Of a DNA stretch of 64,000 bases, positions 47,480 to 57,497 are shown piece by piece. Source of the DNA: a virus; UHGV virus genome UHGV-1351772. The stretch is one strand, 5' to 3'. The notes under the pieces are model-generated. The model did no database searches and was not told the DNA's origin. It saw nothing but the letters and a program-made list of their open reading frames with translations. The first letter of the stretch is position 1; each line of letters opens with the position of its first letter. The position numbers and the translations under genes were made by a program.

Positions 47480-47944
47480 TTAGTCACGAGACTTTATTTT
47501 AAGGTACGCAACCGCAGCTCCCATGATTGCAATACCGGCACCCCAACCTATCTTTTCTATTACACTCATATCGTCCCATCTTTTCTCTACGTTACGTCGT
47601 TTGGCCTCTTCTGCCCGTTCTCTCCACATCGCTTCGCGTTCCAGACAGCTGGGATTTATTTCCTCTTCACAACGACGTTTCCGTTCTTCTTCCCCAATCA
47701 GTTCTTCTAAATAGAGTCTCGTTTCTTCCACAGCTTGTTCATAGACGTCTATGTGATCAGGAAGAACTCTCCTGTGAGCGGCTTTGTTGCGAACGGAAGC
47801 AATCATGTGGAGTTTCCGTTCGTATTTTGGTTCGAGAAGATGAGCTATGCTTTTGGTCTTCCCATGAAGCCCATGACCGGTACCGCCGAGTTTTTCCACA
47901 AGTTCTTCTACAGAAATTGCAAGATCGAGAATATATCCACGCAT
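47480..47944 (-). CDS. hypothetical protein with C-terminal membrane anchor; start uncertain (ORF extends to 47995)
   Basis: C-terminal hydrophobic helix IGWGAGIAIMGAAVAYL; internal ATG at 47944. Confidence 0.45.
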   Translation of the reverse strand: MRGYILDLAISVEELVEKLGGTGHGLHGKTKSIAHLLEPKYERKLHMIASVRNKAAHRRVLPDHIDVYEQAVEETRLYLEELIGEEERKRRCEEEINPSCLEREAMWRERAEEAKRRNVEKRWDDMSVIEKIGWGAGIAIMGAAVAYLKIKSRD

Positions 47945-48004
47945 AATTGTTTCTCCGCTTAAACGTAGTCTTGGGAGACATAAGTTTGTTCCCAACTGTA
48001 AAAA

Positions 48005-48373
48005 TCATTTCAACAAAACAAGATGAATTTGGTATTCGTCATCCGCAGGAGAAGAATAATCGCCAGTTACAGGTAACGTTATATCTTCCAGTAGAGCGTG
48101 GAAGGGTAATCCACGAGCAGCCTCAACAATTCGTACAAGCGGAAAACCCGTTCTTTTAATCCAATTGTAATCGACAAACATAACACCGCCAGGATTTTCC
48201 GAACCTTCCCACACACGAATTTCCACAGTCTTTCCCGAAAAGTTGGCCAGAACGGTGCGCAGTCCTAATTGCACATAACGGGGGAAGGGTACTTCAATAA
48301 CTTGTTTTGGTAAAACAAATTCAGGGAATTTAAAACCGAAACCTTTGGGTGTACTAAAAAACTGAGCTTGCAT
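48005..48373 (-). CDS. hypothetical protein (122 aa)
   Basis: six-frame ORF with TAAAGGAG RBS. Confidence 0.5.
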   Translation of the reverse strand: MQAQFFSTPKGFGFKFPEFVLPKQVIEVPFPRYVQLGLRTVLANFSGKTVEIRVWEGSENPGGVMFVDYNWIKRTGFPLVRIVEAARGLPFHALLEDITLPVTGDYSSPADDEYQIHLVLLK

Positions 48374-48436
48374 GATAATTCTCCTTTAGGGTAAAAAATG
48401 AAAATACCCTACTCCTAGTCAGGAGTAGGGTAGATG

Positions 48437-49096
48437 TTACATACGGGTAACTGAATCCCAGTAATCACGAAGATATTCTTGGTCTTCTGGGTCTTTCGGT
48501 GTAGCAGGGATATGACCGTCAAACTCAAACGGAATCACAGACAGAACATCGGCAATCTCGTAACGTTCGACTTCCAGTTCAACTTTCACCCAGTCACCGA
48601 CGCTGGTACTGCTACGCATTTCGGTGAGGAGATCGTTAAAGTCACCCGAAACCTCAATTGCTGGGTGTCCGGTGGTGACAGTGAAAATATCAATATCCCA
48701 ATGCTTAGCACCCTTATCGGCTAATTCACCCGGTTCTAAGTGAATACGTTTCACCAGGTGCGCCAAATAACCGTCCTTGTAAAAAGAGAGTGCAGAACTA
48801 ATCCCGATATCCGAATTCTCTTCAACCTTTCCGTCCAGGAATTTACGCTTAAGCGTTAGCTGTGCTGTACCGTCTTCTTTAATACGGATACGGCGACGCC
48901 CACCTTCTATCGGCATGAGAATGTCCATGAACATCTTAGTGGACTGTGCGTGTAGCCAATCCCATCCCGCTTGCGTAGGTTTAACCCAGACGCAATATTC
49001 CTTTTCCACTTCGCGTTTAATGGATTCGCCCGCAACGCGAATAACCTCTTCTTCCTGCGCTTTTTCCAATTGCGCAAGGGTATCGAATAATCCCAT
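48437..49096 (-). CDS. hypothetical protein (219 aa)
   Basis: six-frame ORF. Confidence 0.55.
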   Translation of the reverse strand: MGLFDTLAQLEKAQEEEVIRVAGESIKREVEKEYCVWVKPTQAGWDWLHAQSTKMFMDILMPIEGGRRRIRIKEDGTAQLTLKRKFLDGKVEENSDIGISSALSFYKDGYLAHLVKRIHLEPGELADKGAKHWDIDIFTVTTGHPAIEVSGDFNDLLTEMRSSTSVGDWVKVELEVERYEIADVLSVIPFEFDGHIPATPKDPEDQEYLRDYWDSVTRM

Positions 49097-49938
49097 TAGA
49101 TTAATCCCATACTTTCACTGACGCTCGTAATGTCGAACGTTGTGTCGTTAAAGTCGATGTTTTCTACAATAGAAACCACCAGATTAGGAAGCCATTCCGA
49201 ATGGGGTGGTGTAATAACCCGGCCGTTCATAACGTAGTAATGCAAGAACGGTAATCCCATCGAATGGCAGTACGATAACACATTACCTAAGCAGCTTCCG
49301 TCAAACTTCAAGAGTCGGAGCTTACGCAATAATGCGTTTTGAAATGCACCGTTCGCGTAATCGCTAAACTCGCCAGGCCGATAATCCGTGCCCCCGTAGA
49401 TACTCGCCTTTAATCGTCGTCCGTGTTGTATACATTCAGCCCCAGTCAGGGTGCGTAATAAACGGATGTCAGGATATTCAGTTTCCAAACGACCCAAAGC
49501 GTTTATTCCGTAGCCTTTGTAGAACAGATAGTCTACGATCCTTAAATAATGATAGTAGCCTTCTAACGTTAAAAACTGACCGTGAATTGTGTCGAATTTC
49601 GCACCGTTAGGTTGCGCGTAGAAGTTACTGATCATTTTCCCTACGGTAGTACGACCGTTAGAGTAAAGGTTAAGATGGTTGATACCATCGGTAAAAGGGA
49701 GTTTTTCGGGTAACGCACAAACGTAGCCTAAACGACGAAGGTATAGGACATAAACAAAGCGCTCATCAGGAGTAAGCACGATGTTTGACGCGTTAACGTA
49801 TCCATTAGGATTATTTCGCCCAGGTTGATAACCCAGCGTTAATGCCAAAGCTTGATTGTCTTCGCCCTGGCTTTTGATCTTCTTTAATACGGAACGCAGT
49901 AATTGTGGTTCGGACATAACCGGCCTCTTAAATTGCAA
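49096..49938 (-). CDS. hypothetical protein (280 aa)
   Basis: six-frame ORF. Confidence 0.55.
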   Translation of the reverse strand: MQFKRPVMSEPQLLRSVLKKIKSQGEDNQALALTLGYQPGRNNPNGYVNASNIVLTPDERFVYVLYLRRLGYVCALPEKLPFTDGINHLNLYSNGRTTVGKMISNFYAQPNGAKFDTIHGQFLTLEGYYHYLRIVDYLFYKGYGINALGRLETEYPDIRLLRTLTGAECIQHGRRLKASIYGGTDYRPGEFSDYANGAFQNALLRKLRLLKFDGSCLGNVLSYCHSMGLPFLHYYVMNGRVITPPHSEWLPNLVVSIVENIDFNDTTFDITSVSESMGLI

Positions 49939-51202
49939 AATAGTCTTCCACGATTTTATCGGTAGACTGGTAACTTACACTGCCTGCAGCAATCACGTAA
50001 TTACGTTTCTCGGTGGTTAGTAGCGCCTGAATCGCATTTACGCCCGCATAGGTGTAAAGTTTAAGTTCAGTCATTTCTGGCGTGATGTTTTTCGCTTTGT
50101 CCCATTTTGCATCTAATCCTTTAAATAGCGTTAATAGACGAGTGCCATACGTTTTGAAACTGACACCGGGTTCAACCCGAAGGTTAGCCATAAGGTTCTG
50201 GATAACGGTGGTTGCGATCTGAGTCCCTTGCCCCGGTTGGAGTTTATCCAGATAGTATTCCGTTGAATCCAGATTACCTGTCGCTGCTGCCTGAATCATC
50301 AGCTCGCCGTACAGTACCTCTTTCGCTTGTGCATCAGTAATCGCTTGAAGCATCGGTTCGATTTTAGCCGGTAAACCATAACTGTTCAGTTTAGTAGACA
50401 GGCCATAAATCAGCGCTGAAGAGGTATTAATGTCTAACGTGGAGAAACTGTTGCTGCCTTTAAAGCTGTTAATCAGGTTATCGATGGCTAGGAAGTCGTC
50501 TAAGTCTTTGTAGCTGTCGAAAGTATGCTGTACGTCATCAACGATCGAGGTGATTTGATAACGCATACTGTTGACTTCGGACATAAAGCCGTTGACTTCT
50601 TGACTAACTTCCGAGGGGAGTTTAGCCAGTTGCCCAGCAATGTTCATCGTCCCTTCGAGACGTTTTTTCACTGAGTTAAAGTCGGTGCCGATACCTGATA
50701 AAACAGAGTCGGTTAAGCTGCCGATGCTGTCCCACCCTTTATTTAACAGTTTCCCCATCCCACCCGGACTTAGGTAGTCTAGCGCTTTTAGACCATCTTC
50801 ATCCTTTTTCTTAAAAGGTTCAGAAACGTCACGCTTTTGTGGATCGAGGACAGGAAGTGTTTCTTTGGTATTAGATGCAAACCCGGGAACTTTTTGTCCC
50901 GGAGATACACCGGAAGCCGAACTCCCAGCAGTCTTACTTCCGCCAACACTGGCGGTATCACTACCGCCAAAAAGGTTACCAATTTTGCTGGTCAGTTCGT
51001 TACCACCGCCAATCAGTTTGTTGAATGTTTCACCCGCACGTTCTGACAATCGGTTGACGCTATCGACCGTGCTTTTAATACCACGCTCCGCATTCTCCAC
51101 CGTCGATTGTACGCGGTTTGCGGCGTTCTTTGCCGTATTAACGGAATTATCGATTGCTGACTGACCTTTATTTATCTGACTGGTTATTTGGTCGATTTTC
51201 AT
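49928..51202 (-). CDS. hypothetical protein with coiled-coil-like N-terminus; start probably ATG 51202 (ORF extends to 51229)
   Basis: GGAG 7 nt upstream of ATG 51202; Ser/Gly-rich linker. Confidence 0.55.
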   Translation of the reverse strand: MKIDQITSQINKGQSAIDNSVNTAKNAANRVQSTVENAERGIKSTVDSVNRLSERAGETFNKLIGGGNELTSKIGNLFGGSDTASVGGSKTAGSSASGVSPGQKVPGFASNTKETLPVLDPQKRDVSEPFKKKDEDGLKALDYLSPGGMGKLLNKGWDSIGSLTDSVLSGIGTDFNSVKKRLEGTMNIAGQLAKLPSEVSQEVNGFMSEVNSMRYQITSIVDDVQHTFDSYKDLDDFLAIDNLINSFKGSNSFSTLDINTSSALIYGLSTKLNSYGLPAKIEPMLQAITDAQAKEVLYGELMIQAAATGNLDSTEYYLDKLQPGQGTQIATTVIQNLMANLRVEPGVSFKTYGTRLLTLFKGLDAKWDKAKNITPEMTELKLYTYAGVNAIQALLTTEKRNYVIAAGSVSYQSTDKIVEDYFAI

Positions 51203-52013
51203 TCTGGTCTCCAATTTGGTATTCGTCAAGGTTTACCGTGACCTGAACTTCGTAGATTTTATTGTCTTTCTGACGCCTTAAGGTCAGAAGGATTTCGAAA
51301 CTACGAACATCAATTGCCTTGAGTACCCTCATAAACCATTTCCAGGAAAACTTCTTTTTTAACCTTAGATTGTGCTGCATGTTGTGCCGCAAATCATTTC
51401 GTTTCGACGGTGTCTGCTCACAGTTAGCAGGATCGTTAACGAAGTTTGTGGAAAGACGGTACCACCAATCCGCATTCATTTTCATGTTTGCGAAGATAGT
51501 CCAAGTTAGCCGAGATAACGGATGCACCATCATCTTTGCGGTCTCACCACAGTTCTGGAAATAACGGTTCAATTGCGCAGTTGCAGACTCTTTAGGTCGT
51601 TCGTCGTTATCTTCGAACAAATCCCGAGCGAGATCTTCACGCACGCGTGTGGTAATTTCAGATACGGTTTTTGTTTTGAAGTGTCCTCGGTAAGTGGTTA
51701 CACAAATCCGCAGTGTCTCCACTCCGGTAATCACCAACCCTTCTGTAAAACCTCGCCAGGTAAGATCGACAGGTAGTGCAGGAATGTTACCTGAACTCAG
51801 CTTCGTGGAGATACGTTGTATTCGATCGTCCATCGTTGCTTTTGAACGTGTTTTAAATTCCGGAGACAGAATATGTTTGGCGACGGCGAGTTTATAATCC
51901 GAAGGCTTCCATCCGATCAATTCTTTATAATTCCAATATAGTGTTTGAAGTGGTCCGCCTGCACGTTCGTCTTCAGCGTCCACGACCACACTTACTTTTT
52001 TGCTATCCATCAC
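51168..52013 (-). CDS. hypothetical protein (281 aa)
   Basis: six-frame ORF. Confidence 0.55.
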   Translation of the reverse strand: MMDSKKVSVVVDAEDERAGGPLQTLYWNYKELIGWKPSDYKLAVAKHILSPEFKTRSKATMDDRIQRISTKLSSGNIPALPVDLTWRGFTEGLVITGVETLRICVTTYRGHFKTKTVSEITTRVREDLARDLFEDNDERPKESATAQLNRYFQNCGETAKMMVHPLSRLTWTIFANMKMNADWWYRLSTNFVNDPANCEQTPSKRNDLRHNMQHNLRLKKKFSWKWFMRVLKAIDVRSFEILLTLRRQKDNKIYEVQVTVNLDEYQIGDQNENRPNNQSDK

Positions 52014-52043
52014 ATCACCTTGTTACAAGGGGTTACTGGTTTA

Positions 52044-52592
52044 TTAAATAGGACGTTCTAAAAGGTAGTGTTCAATCAACGTTTCCAACTCCCGGAATAA
52101 ATGCGCAGTTTGATTTACCAGCGCTTTGTCTTCGTCGGACTCCGGTTTAAGGAACGCCGATTCATAGGGTTGAATTAGCGCGAGTAATTTACCCAGCTTA
52201 TAAGCGGCAACCTCAGGACTGGACGTCCCAAAATAAGTGTCTAGCCATCGGTATTCCGCCAAGTCGTTTCGTTTATTTAAAGCGTCAGGTAATGGCAGCC
52301 ATTCGATTGAACTCCTGTTAATTGCTCGTTGGTATTCATTAATGAGAAATGCCAAACGTTGATAAACGAGGTCAATGTTATTGATACGCAATTCGAGGAA
52401 ACCGCGAAGGCTGGGACGAAAGGGTTCTTCATTTATGTTTAAAGGCAACGTAAGCAATTGTAAGCCGGTAAAGACTCTGACATAGGGGTTGTGGGTGTTC
52501 TTATGGAACTCCTGCTTCAGAGACTCTCTGAGGGCTTTTAAACGATTATTCTCTAACCGTTGTTTAAAACGAGTTATTATTCCTGTTAACAT
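52044..52592 (-). CDS. hypothetical protein (182 aa)
   Basis: six-frame ORF. Confidence 0.5.
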   Translation of the reverse strand: MLTGIITRFKQRLENNRLKALRESLKQEFHKNTHNPYVRVFTGLQLLTLPLNINEEPFRPSLRGFLELRINNIDLVYQRLAFLINEYQRAINRSSIEWLPLPDALNKRNDLAEYRWLDTYFGTSSPEVAAYKLGKLLALIQPYESAFLKPESDEDKALVNQTAHLFRELETLIEHYLLERPI

Positions 52593-52663
52593 AATTCACT
52601 CCTAAAGAATGTCTCACGTAGATAATATCTGTCTGACTTCTTTTTGAAATTGAGGTAGTAAGA

Positions 52664-53128
52664 ATGGCTGACGAAGAAGTGAAATATCAGGCGTTTGATG
52701 GAGATGTGGACGACGAAGAATCGCTTCTCCGCCAAACGCAACAAGCCCGTGTACGGATTGTGAATCTCATCTTAGACGATCCACAAGCACACAAAGACTT
52801 GAAAACGGTAGACCGATTAGGGTCTTTGCTTAACGACGTTGACAAACAAATCATTTCCAAACGTCGCGTCGCTGCTGCACAGAAAAACAGCGAAGCTAAC
52901 CAAGATTTGGCGAATGCACTTAATAGCATCCTCATGCAACGTGGTAATATCAAAATACGTCGTCACGATGAGGAAGTCGAAGAAACCCAGGGCTACCAGC
53001 CCCCCGTTCCTGTTATTCCGGATGTTGAAGTAACAGAAGGGGAGCTGGCACCAGTAGGCGAACAAATCGATGTTAGGTCCATTATGACGGCGGCGTTTGC
53101 ACGTCCTGAGCAGGGCGAGCAAGACTAA
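52664..53128 (+). CDS. hypothetical acidic protein (154 aa) on the opposite strand to its neighbours
   Basis: ORF with GAGGT RBS; 3' end overlaps convergently with the 53082..53804 gene. Confidence 0.4.
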   Translation: MADEEVKYQAFDGDVDDEESLLRQTQQARVRIVNLILDDPQAHKDLKTVDRLGSLLNDVDKQIISKRRVAAAQKNSEANQDLANALNSILMQRGNIKIRRHDEEVEETQGYQPPVPVIPDVEVTEGELAPVGEQIDVRSIMTAAFARPEQGEQD

Positions 53129-53804
53129 ATAAAGCGGCATCTCGTGGGTCGACACCGACCCACTCTGCCATAAACCGGATATGTTCCTTAAACGGGTTAA
53201 CCCCGTCTTGTTTGATTTGTTCAACCAATTCCCCGGTCAGTTCTGGTGTGAGCATGGCAGGGTGTGTGATGGTAAAGCTCGGAATCGGTTTTTTCAAGTG
53301 CGTAGCATTAAGCTTAATCCACTCGAACCAATCGTACATTATCCAGCAATCCCACGCCAACGACAATCTCCCCGGTGTGAGATCTTCTAACGACCAAGAC
53401 ACTAATTCAACTTGTACGTTATTGTAGTACATCCGAAACAGATTCAAAAAGGCTTGAAGTTCTTCGCCCGTTAAATCCGTATAAGGCCACGTATTGATGG
53501 TCAGAGTGGGTTTTTCAATTGGCGAATGCATTTCGATTTCAAGCAACATACACTCGAATTCGTTTTTCATTGTTGCCAATAATTCAGTAGGCTGCGCATT
53601 AATCAACGCGCGCTTATCCCGCTTCCGCCACACTTCATCCCATTTTTCAAATCCAAGTACGCCAGCCCAAGCTTCTGTATAGCGACGACGATAAACGTCG
53701 TAGTCTAGCAATGTTAAGCTTTCAGGCTTAACGGCTTTTACCCAACCTAAACGCGTATCAAATAACGTATCAATATCGATTAAGAAACGCCGAGATAATC
53801 TCAT
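53082..53804 (-). CDS. hypothetical protein (240 aa)
   Basis: six-frame ORF. Confidence 0.5.
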   Translation of the reverse strand: MRLSRRFLIDIDTLFDTRLGWVKAVKPESLTLLDYDVYRRRYTEAWAGVLGFEKWDEVWRKRDKRALINAQPTELLATMKNEFECMLLEIEMHSPIEKPTLTINTWPYTDLTGEELQAFLNLFRMYYNNVQVELVSWSLEDLTPGRLSLAWDCWIMYDWFEWIKLNATHLKKPIPSFTITHPAMLTPELTGELVEQIKQDGVNPFKEHIRFMAEWVGVDPRDAALFSLARPAQDVQTPPS

Positions 53805-54469
53805 GACGGATGGCCTATGTTGTTACCGATATGCATCGCTTTTAGGTACGCCGACCACGTACGCGTTGCTTTAGAACTCGTTCGCTCCGCCCCAGGCAAA
53901 TCAATACGCCCTTTACCGGTTTGGCGTAGCGACTGATAGAAAGCACGTTGTAATGCGTCGTTACCACCACGCGCCCACAAGAACTCTTTCAGCGTCCAGT
54001 CGTGACCATCGGAATACATGATGTATGCTTCTGGGAAGGACACCCCAGATGCTTTGGAAGGACCAACGACTTGACCGGAGAGCTTATCGCGGACTTTGTC
54101 GTTTTTCGCAACCGCCATTTTCTTTTCTTGCATCTGTGTCTGACGACGGACAGGCAAGCGTAAGACTAAGTGAGGGTAACGAGTACGGTGATAGACACCC
54201 GTTTTTGGTTCTGTTAACCAGAGTCGTTGCTCCAGGTTTACCCCGAGAATTTTGCACACCTCGATATTGCGCAGGTGGTCAATTTCGACTTTACTTCCCA
54301 CCGGGTTGTAAATAGGTAAACCGTTACGAAGTCGATTAAACTGTTCGTCGGTCATTCGTGCGAAGGCTTTCTTCGCGGCTTCAGCATTAATGCCAGAAGG
54401 GTCTACCAACTTTAAGATTTGTAAGGCGTAGGCTTCCGCCTTTTTACGCCGTGCTGGTTCGAGTTTCAT
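53801..54469 (-). CDS. hypothetical protein (222 aa)
   Basis: six-frame ORF overlapping upstream gene by 4 nt. Confidence 0.5.
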   Translation of the reverse strand: MKLEPARRKKAEAYALQILKLVDPSGINAEAAKKAFARMTDEQFNRLRNGLPIYNPVGSKVEIDHLRNIEVCKILGVNLEQRLWLTEPKTGVYHRTRYPHLVLRLPVRRQTQMQEKKMAVAKNDKVRDKLSGQVVGPSKASGVSFPEAYIMYSDGHDWTLKEFLWARGGNDALQRAFYQSLRQTGKGRIDLPGAERTSSKATRTWSAYLKAMHIGNNIGHPS

Positions 54470-54743
54470 TGTCTACCGCCTTACGTAAATTGGATAACGT
54501 TTCTGCTTCAAGCAGGTCAATCCAGTAGCTGATAGCTTCCGTGTTTTCAGGAAGTTCGGAACGTACTGGCGCATACCCGTAACGTACTAATAGATTCGAG
54601 TAATACTCAGCGACCTTTAAACAAAAAGATTCCAGATCGGGAAACGGAAGAGTGAAGGCTTCACGAAATTCGGCCGCTGTTTCTAAATTAACACTTGCCA
54701 ATCCTTCACTTAAGCGTTCCACAATCTCCGTTTGATAACGCAT
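54444..54743 (-). CDS. hypothetical protein (99 aa)
   Basis: ORF fills the gap between flanking genes. Confidence 0.4.
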   Translation of the reverse strand: MRYQTEIVERLSEGLASVNLETAAEFREAFTLPFPDLESFCLKVAEYYSNLLVRYGYAPVRSELPENTEAISYWIDLLEAETLSNLRKAVDNETRTSTA

Positions 54744-54787
54744 GATGACTCCTTAGGTCGGGTAGGGTTTACCCTACCCGAGCCTAT

Positions 54788-56284
54788 TTATTTCTTTTTC
54801 GTCAGGAACTTCGGTTCTAGTCCATCGACAGCCATACCCAGAATGGTACGTGCAGTCAGTGTACGTTTACCACCTTTGGTTTCCTGGTCTTTAAACATCC
54901 AGTATTCTACCGTGTTGTCCAGAATTTCATTCCAGTCCCACTTCTCGTCAATCATTTTGTAAATCTCACCCATGCTGAGATGATACTTCATTTCAAGACG
55001 ATGGTAGTTGTTTTGCATATAAGCAATTGCCGCCGTGATCTCTAAAGCGCGACGTAAGCGTGCGTTATCAGAAATCATATCACGGATTGTCGTGCGTTGG
55101 AATTTCACACCAGGTAGAATGTCCAGTTCTTTGATGGAGCCGCCACTACCGCTTGACGTAAAACCAAAGTCTGACTTCTTCAGCGTGTCACTTAAATAGT
55201 GCCACAGGCTCAGGTGATATAACAGACCCATTTCCTGAGAGAAGATCATCTGGAATTTCACACCAGTGTGACCACCCTTCGCACGATACTGAGTAAAGGT
55301 GATAATCTTCAAGTCGTTTACCGAAGCATTCATCGCTTTAGAACGTGACGTCGGATAAAGTTCTTCGTTAACACCGGTCTGCGCGTTATAGCTCTGGTCT
55401 TTTTTCAGCTCCCCTGATTTCGTCGCGACGATAAAAGAGTTTGTTAAAAAGCTAAGCTGACGGCGAGGAATACCTGCGAATTTTAAATCGTCGTTGGCAT
55501 CGTCAAGAATTTTCGCATTTGCTTTTTGTGCCTGACGGCCACCTGCCATCGCTTTCCCAGAGTCATCGGCCATCTGTGCCACGAAGCCCATGTAAAAACC
55601 ACCACGTGCAAACGCAGACGGCCAGCGGCTCATCATATTCGATTTTTGCAGCGCATCGTGGGCGTTCAGGATGTTCTGATCAGAATCCCCAATATCCGTT
55701 TTTGCGTGCTTGTCTTCCAGCGAACTGGAATGCCACTCTGACAGGGAGTCGATAGAATAAAGCCAGGGGTCCAGGATTTCTTTTAACTTACGACGAACCG
55801 GATCGGGGAACGGTGTTACGCGGGTTTTACCAGACATATACTGTTTGAAGCGTTTTTCAACTTCATCACGAATATAATCACTGTAATACTGTTCCCCAGG
55901 CATTACGTCAGAACCGACCAGGTTATAACGACCTTCGTGGATAAGTTCCAGTACGGATGTTCCGTCGTCGATACCGTTGGCGTTCATGGCAGAGATGTAC
56001 CCAGTTTCTAAACGATCGAGGGCAGCTGACACTTCTGTATCGTACTTAGAACCCCACTCTGCTTTATAACGTTGCAGGATTTGGAAAATACAGAAATCTA
56101 ACAAGGTGGATTTAAAAGTGTTACCGCGCCCTGCGAAACCCATGATGTGGGCAAAACCACCGTTAAGGTAGTACAAACCATCTTCACCTTTTTCGTAGTT
56201 ACCTAAGGCATGATCCATGATGGTGTAAACGTTAAAACGTGGACGAATTACTTCACCGATAACTTGCTTAGTTGGGCCTGCCAT
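54788..56284 (-). CDS. hypothetical protein (498 aa) with degenerate P-loop-like segment; possible ATPase
   Basis: GFAGRGNTFKST near the N-terminus; no canonical GK[ST]. Confidence 0.55.
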   Translation of the reverse strand: MAGPTKQVIGEVIRPRFNVYTIMDHALGNYEKGEDGLYYLNGGFAHIMGFAGRGNTFKSTLLDFCIFQILQRYKAEWGSKYDTEVSAALDRLETGYISAMNANGIDDGTSVLELIHEGRYNLVGSDVMPGEQYYSDYIRDEVEKRFKQYMSGKTRVTPFPDPVRRKLKEILDPWLYSIDSLSEWHSSSLEDKHAKTDIGDSDQNILNAHDALQKSNMMSRWPSAFARGGFYMGFVAQMADDSGKAMAGGRQAQKANAKILDDANDDLKFAGIPRRQLSFLTNSFIVATKSGELKKDQSYNAQTGVNEELYPTSRSKAMNASVNDLKIITFTQYRAKGGHTGVKFQMIFSQEMGLLYHLSLWHYLSDTLKKSDFGFTSSGSGGSIKELDILPGVKFQRTTIRDMISDNARLRRALEITAAIAYMQNNYHRLEMKYHLSMGEIYKMIDEKWDWNEILDNTVEYWMFKDQETKGGKRTLTARTILGMAVDGLEPKFLTKKK

Positions 56285-56299
56285 TTAGCGCTCCGATAA

Positions 56300-56599
56300 T
56301 TAACGATTCTTGGTCGGAAGAAGAAGACGGCGGTTGTGCCAGAATTCAAAGTAGGTCTCTACCCACTCAGTAACTTCTTCCGCATTTTCAGGATAAGGGT
56401 TTTCAATAGACTCGAAACGGCGTTTATTACGCTCGTCAATTTCCAGTTCCATAACACGTTTACCGCTCGGGCACGACGTTACGCTCAAGACTTTTCCAAC
56501 TTGAATAGGTTTACCGTTCTGACCTTTTTTAACAGGGGTCAGATAAATTTCCGGTTCTAAACGCGGTGTGGTGTTTCGAGTCAGTAATTTGATTTTCAT
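56300..56599 (-). CDS. hypothetical protein (99 aa)
   Basis: six-frame ORF. Confidence 0.5.
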   Translation of the reverse strand: MKIKLLTRNTTPRLEPEIYLTPVKKGQNGKPIQVGKVLSVTSCPSGKRVMELEIDERNKRRFESIENPYPENAEEVTEWVETYFEFWHNRRLLLPTKNR

Positions 56600-56697
56600 C
56601 GAGCTTTACCTTTATGGAAGAGTCTCGGTCATAAGGTTTGGGTGAACTGTAAAAAGACTTTACTATGTAACCCTGACTTATAATCCGAGGTTTTAGA

Positions 56698-57486
56698 ATG
56701 AATGTAAATCCACTTGCAGCGTTATCTAGCTTCGCCGCTAAAGCGTCTGCAATCTTACCGAAAGGGTTTAGTGGCCCTCAACAAGAGATTGCATTAACCA
56801 CTTATGACGAGATGTCGGACGTTTCCAAGTGGATGCAACAAGAAAAATTCCTACACTTTGCGGGAATGTTGGTTATCGTTCCACCTGGGTTTAATACCTA
56901 CGTGATGGATCACTTGAACCGCTTAGAATCTGTATGGAGTTCACTACAAAACATCTATACGGGTATTCTGCTACCGGTCGATAAACAACTTTCGGCCCTT
57001 ACACATGATGTGGGGGTACTGTCATTACCGATTGGTTTCCGTTACAAAAACGTTAATTTACCGTTACGTAATGTTAACCCGAAAGACCTGGTTAACTTAT
57101 TAGCGAAATCGTACACTAATAACGTTATTGACCAGCGACCAATTGAGAAGACGTACCACAGCGCGTCTGAGATTGACGTTGCGTTCAATCGTGCTAAAGC
57201 CCTGAACGTTGAAATTACGAAACGTTTACGGACGAATATCGACAAGTCAATCGAGTCCATTCGCACTACGTCAGAAATCTTGTCCGAACAAAACATTCAT
57301 CCGAATGTAGCAAAAGAACTGACGATGATGTTAGATTTTGCATCCGATTGGGTGGAGCTGTTTGGTCTGTTCATGAAACAGGTTAACGAGTTAATCGAAT
57401 GCCTGAACGTTACTGCCGAACGCTTAAAAGCGCTTAAGGCAAACAAAAATAAAAAAGTAAAGTTACCCCTAGACCGTGTGGTCTAG
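56698..57486 (+). CDS. hypothetical protein (262 aa) on plus strand
   Basis: ORF with GAGG RBS; stop lies inside a 13-bp hairpin terminator. Confidence 0.5.
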   Translation: MNVNPLAALSSFAAKASAILPKGFSGPQQEIALTTYDEMSDVSKWMQQEKFLHFAGMLVIVPPGFNTYVMDHLNRLESVWSSLQNIYTGILLPVDKQLSALTHDVGVLSLPIGFRYKNVNLPLRNVNPKDLVNLLAKSYTNNVIDQRPIEKTYHSASEIDVAFNRAKALNVEITKRLRTNIDKSIESIRTTSEILSEQNIHPNVAKELTMMLDFASDWVELFGLFMKQVNELIECLNVTAERLKALKANKNKKVKLPLDRVV

Positions 57487-57492
57487 GGGTAA
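57463..57492. terminator. bidirectional intrinsic terminator
   Basis: 13-bp perfect stem ttacccctagacc-gtgt-ggtctaggggtaa followed by T-rich tract. Confidence 0.5.
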
Positions 57493-57497
57493 ACTAT

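Noticed and set aside
47527-47946. 139-aa plus-strand ORF with TTG start
   Set aside because: Overlaps the minus-strand membrane-anchored protein gene almost completely; no RBS
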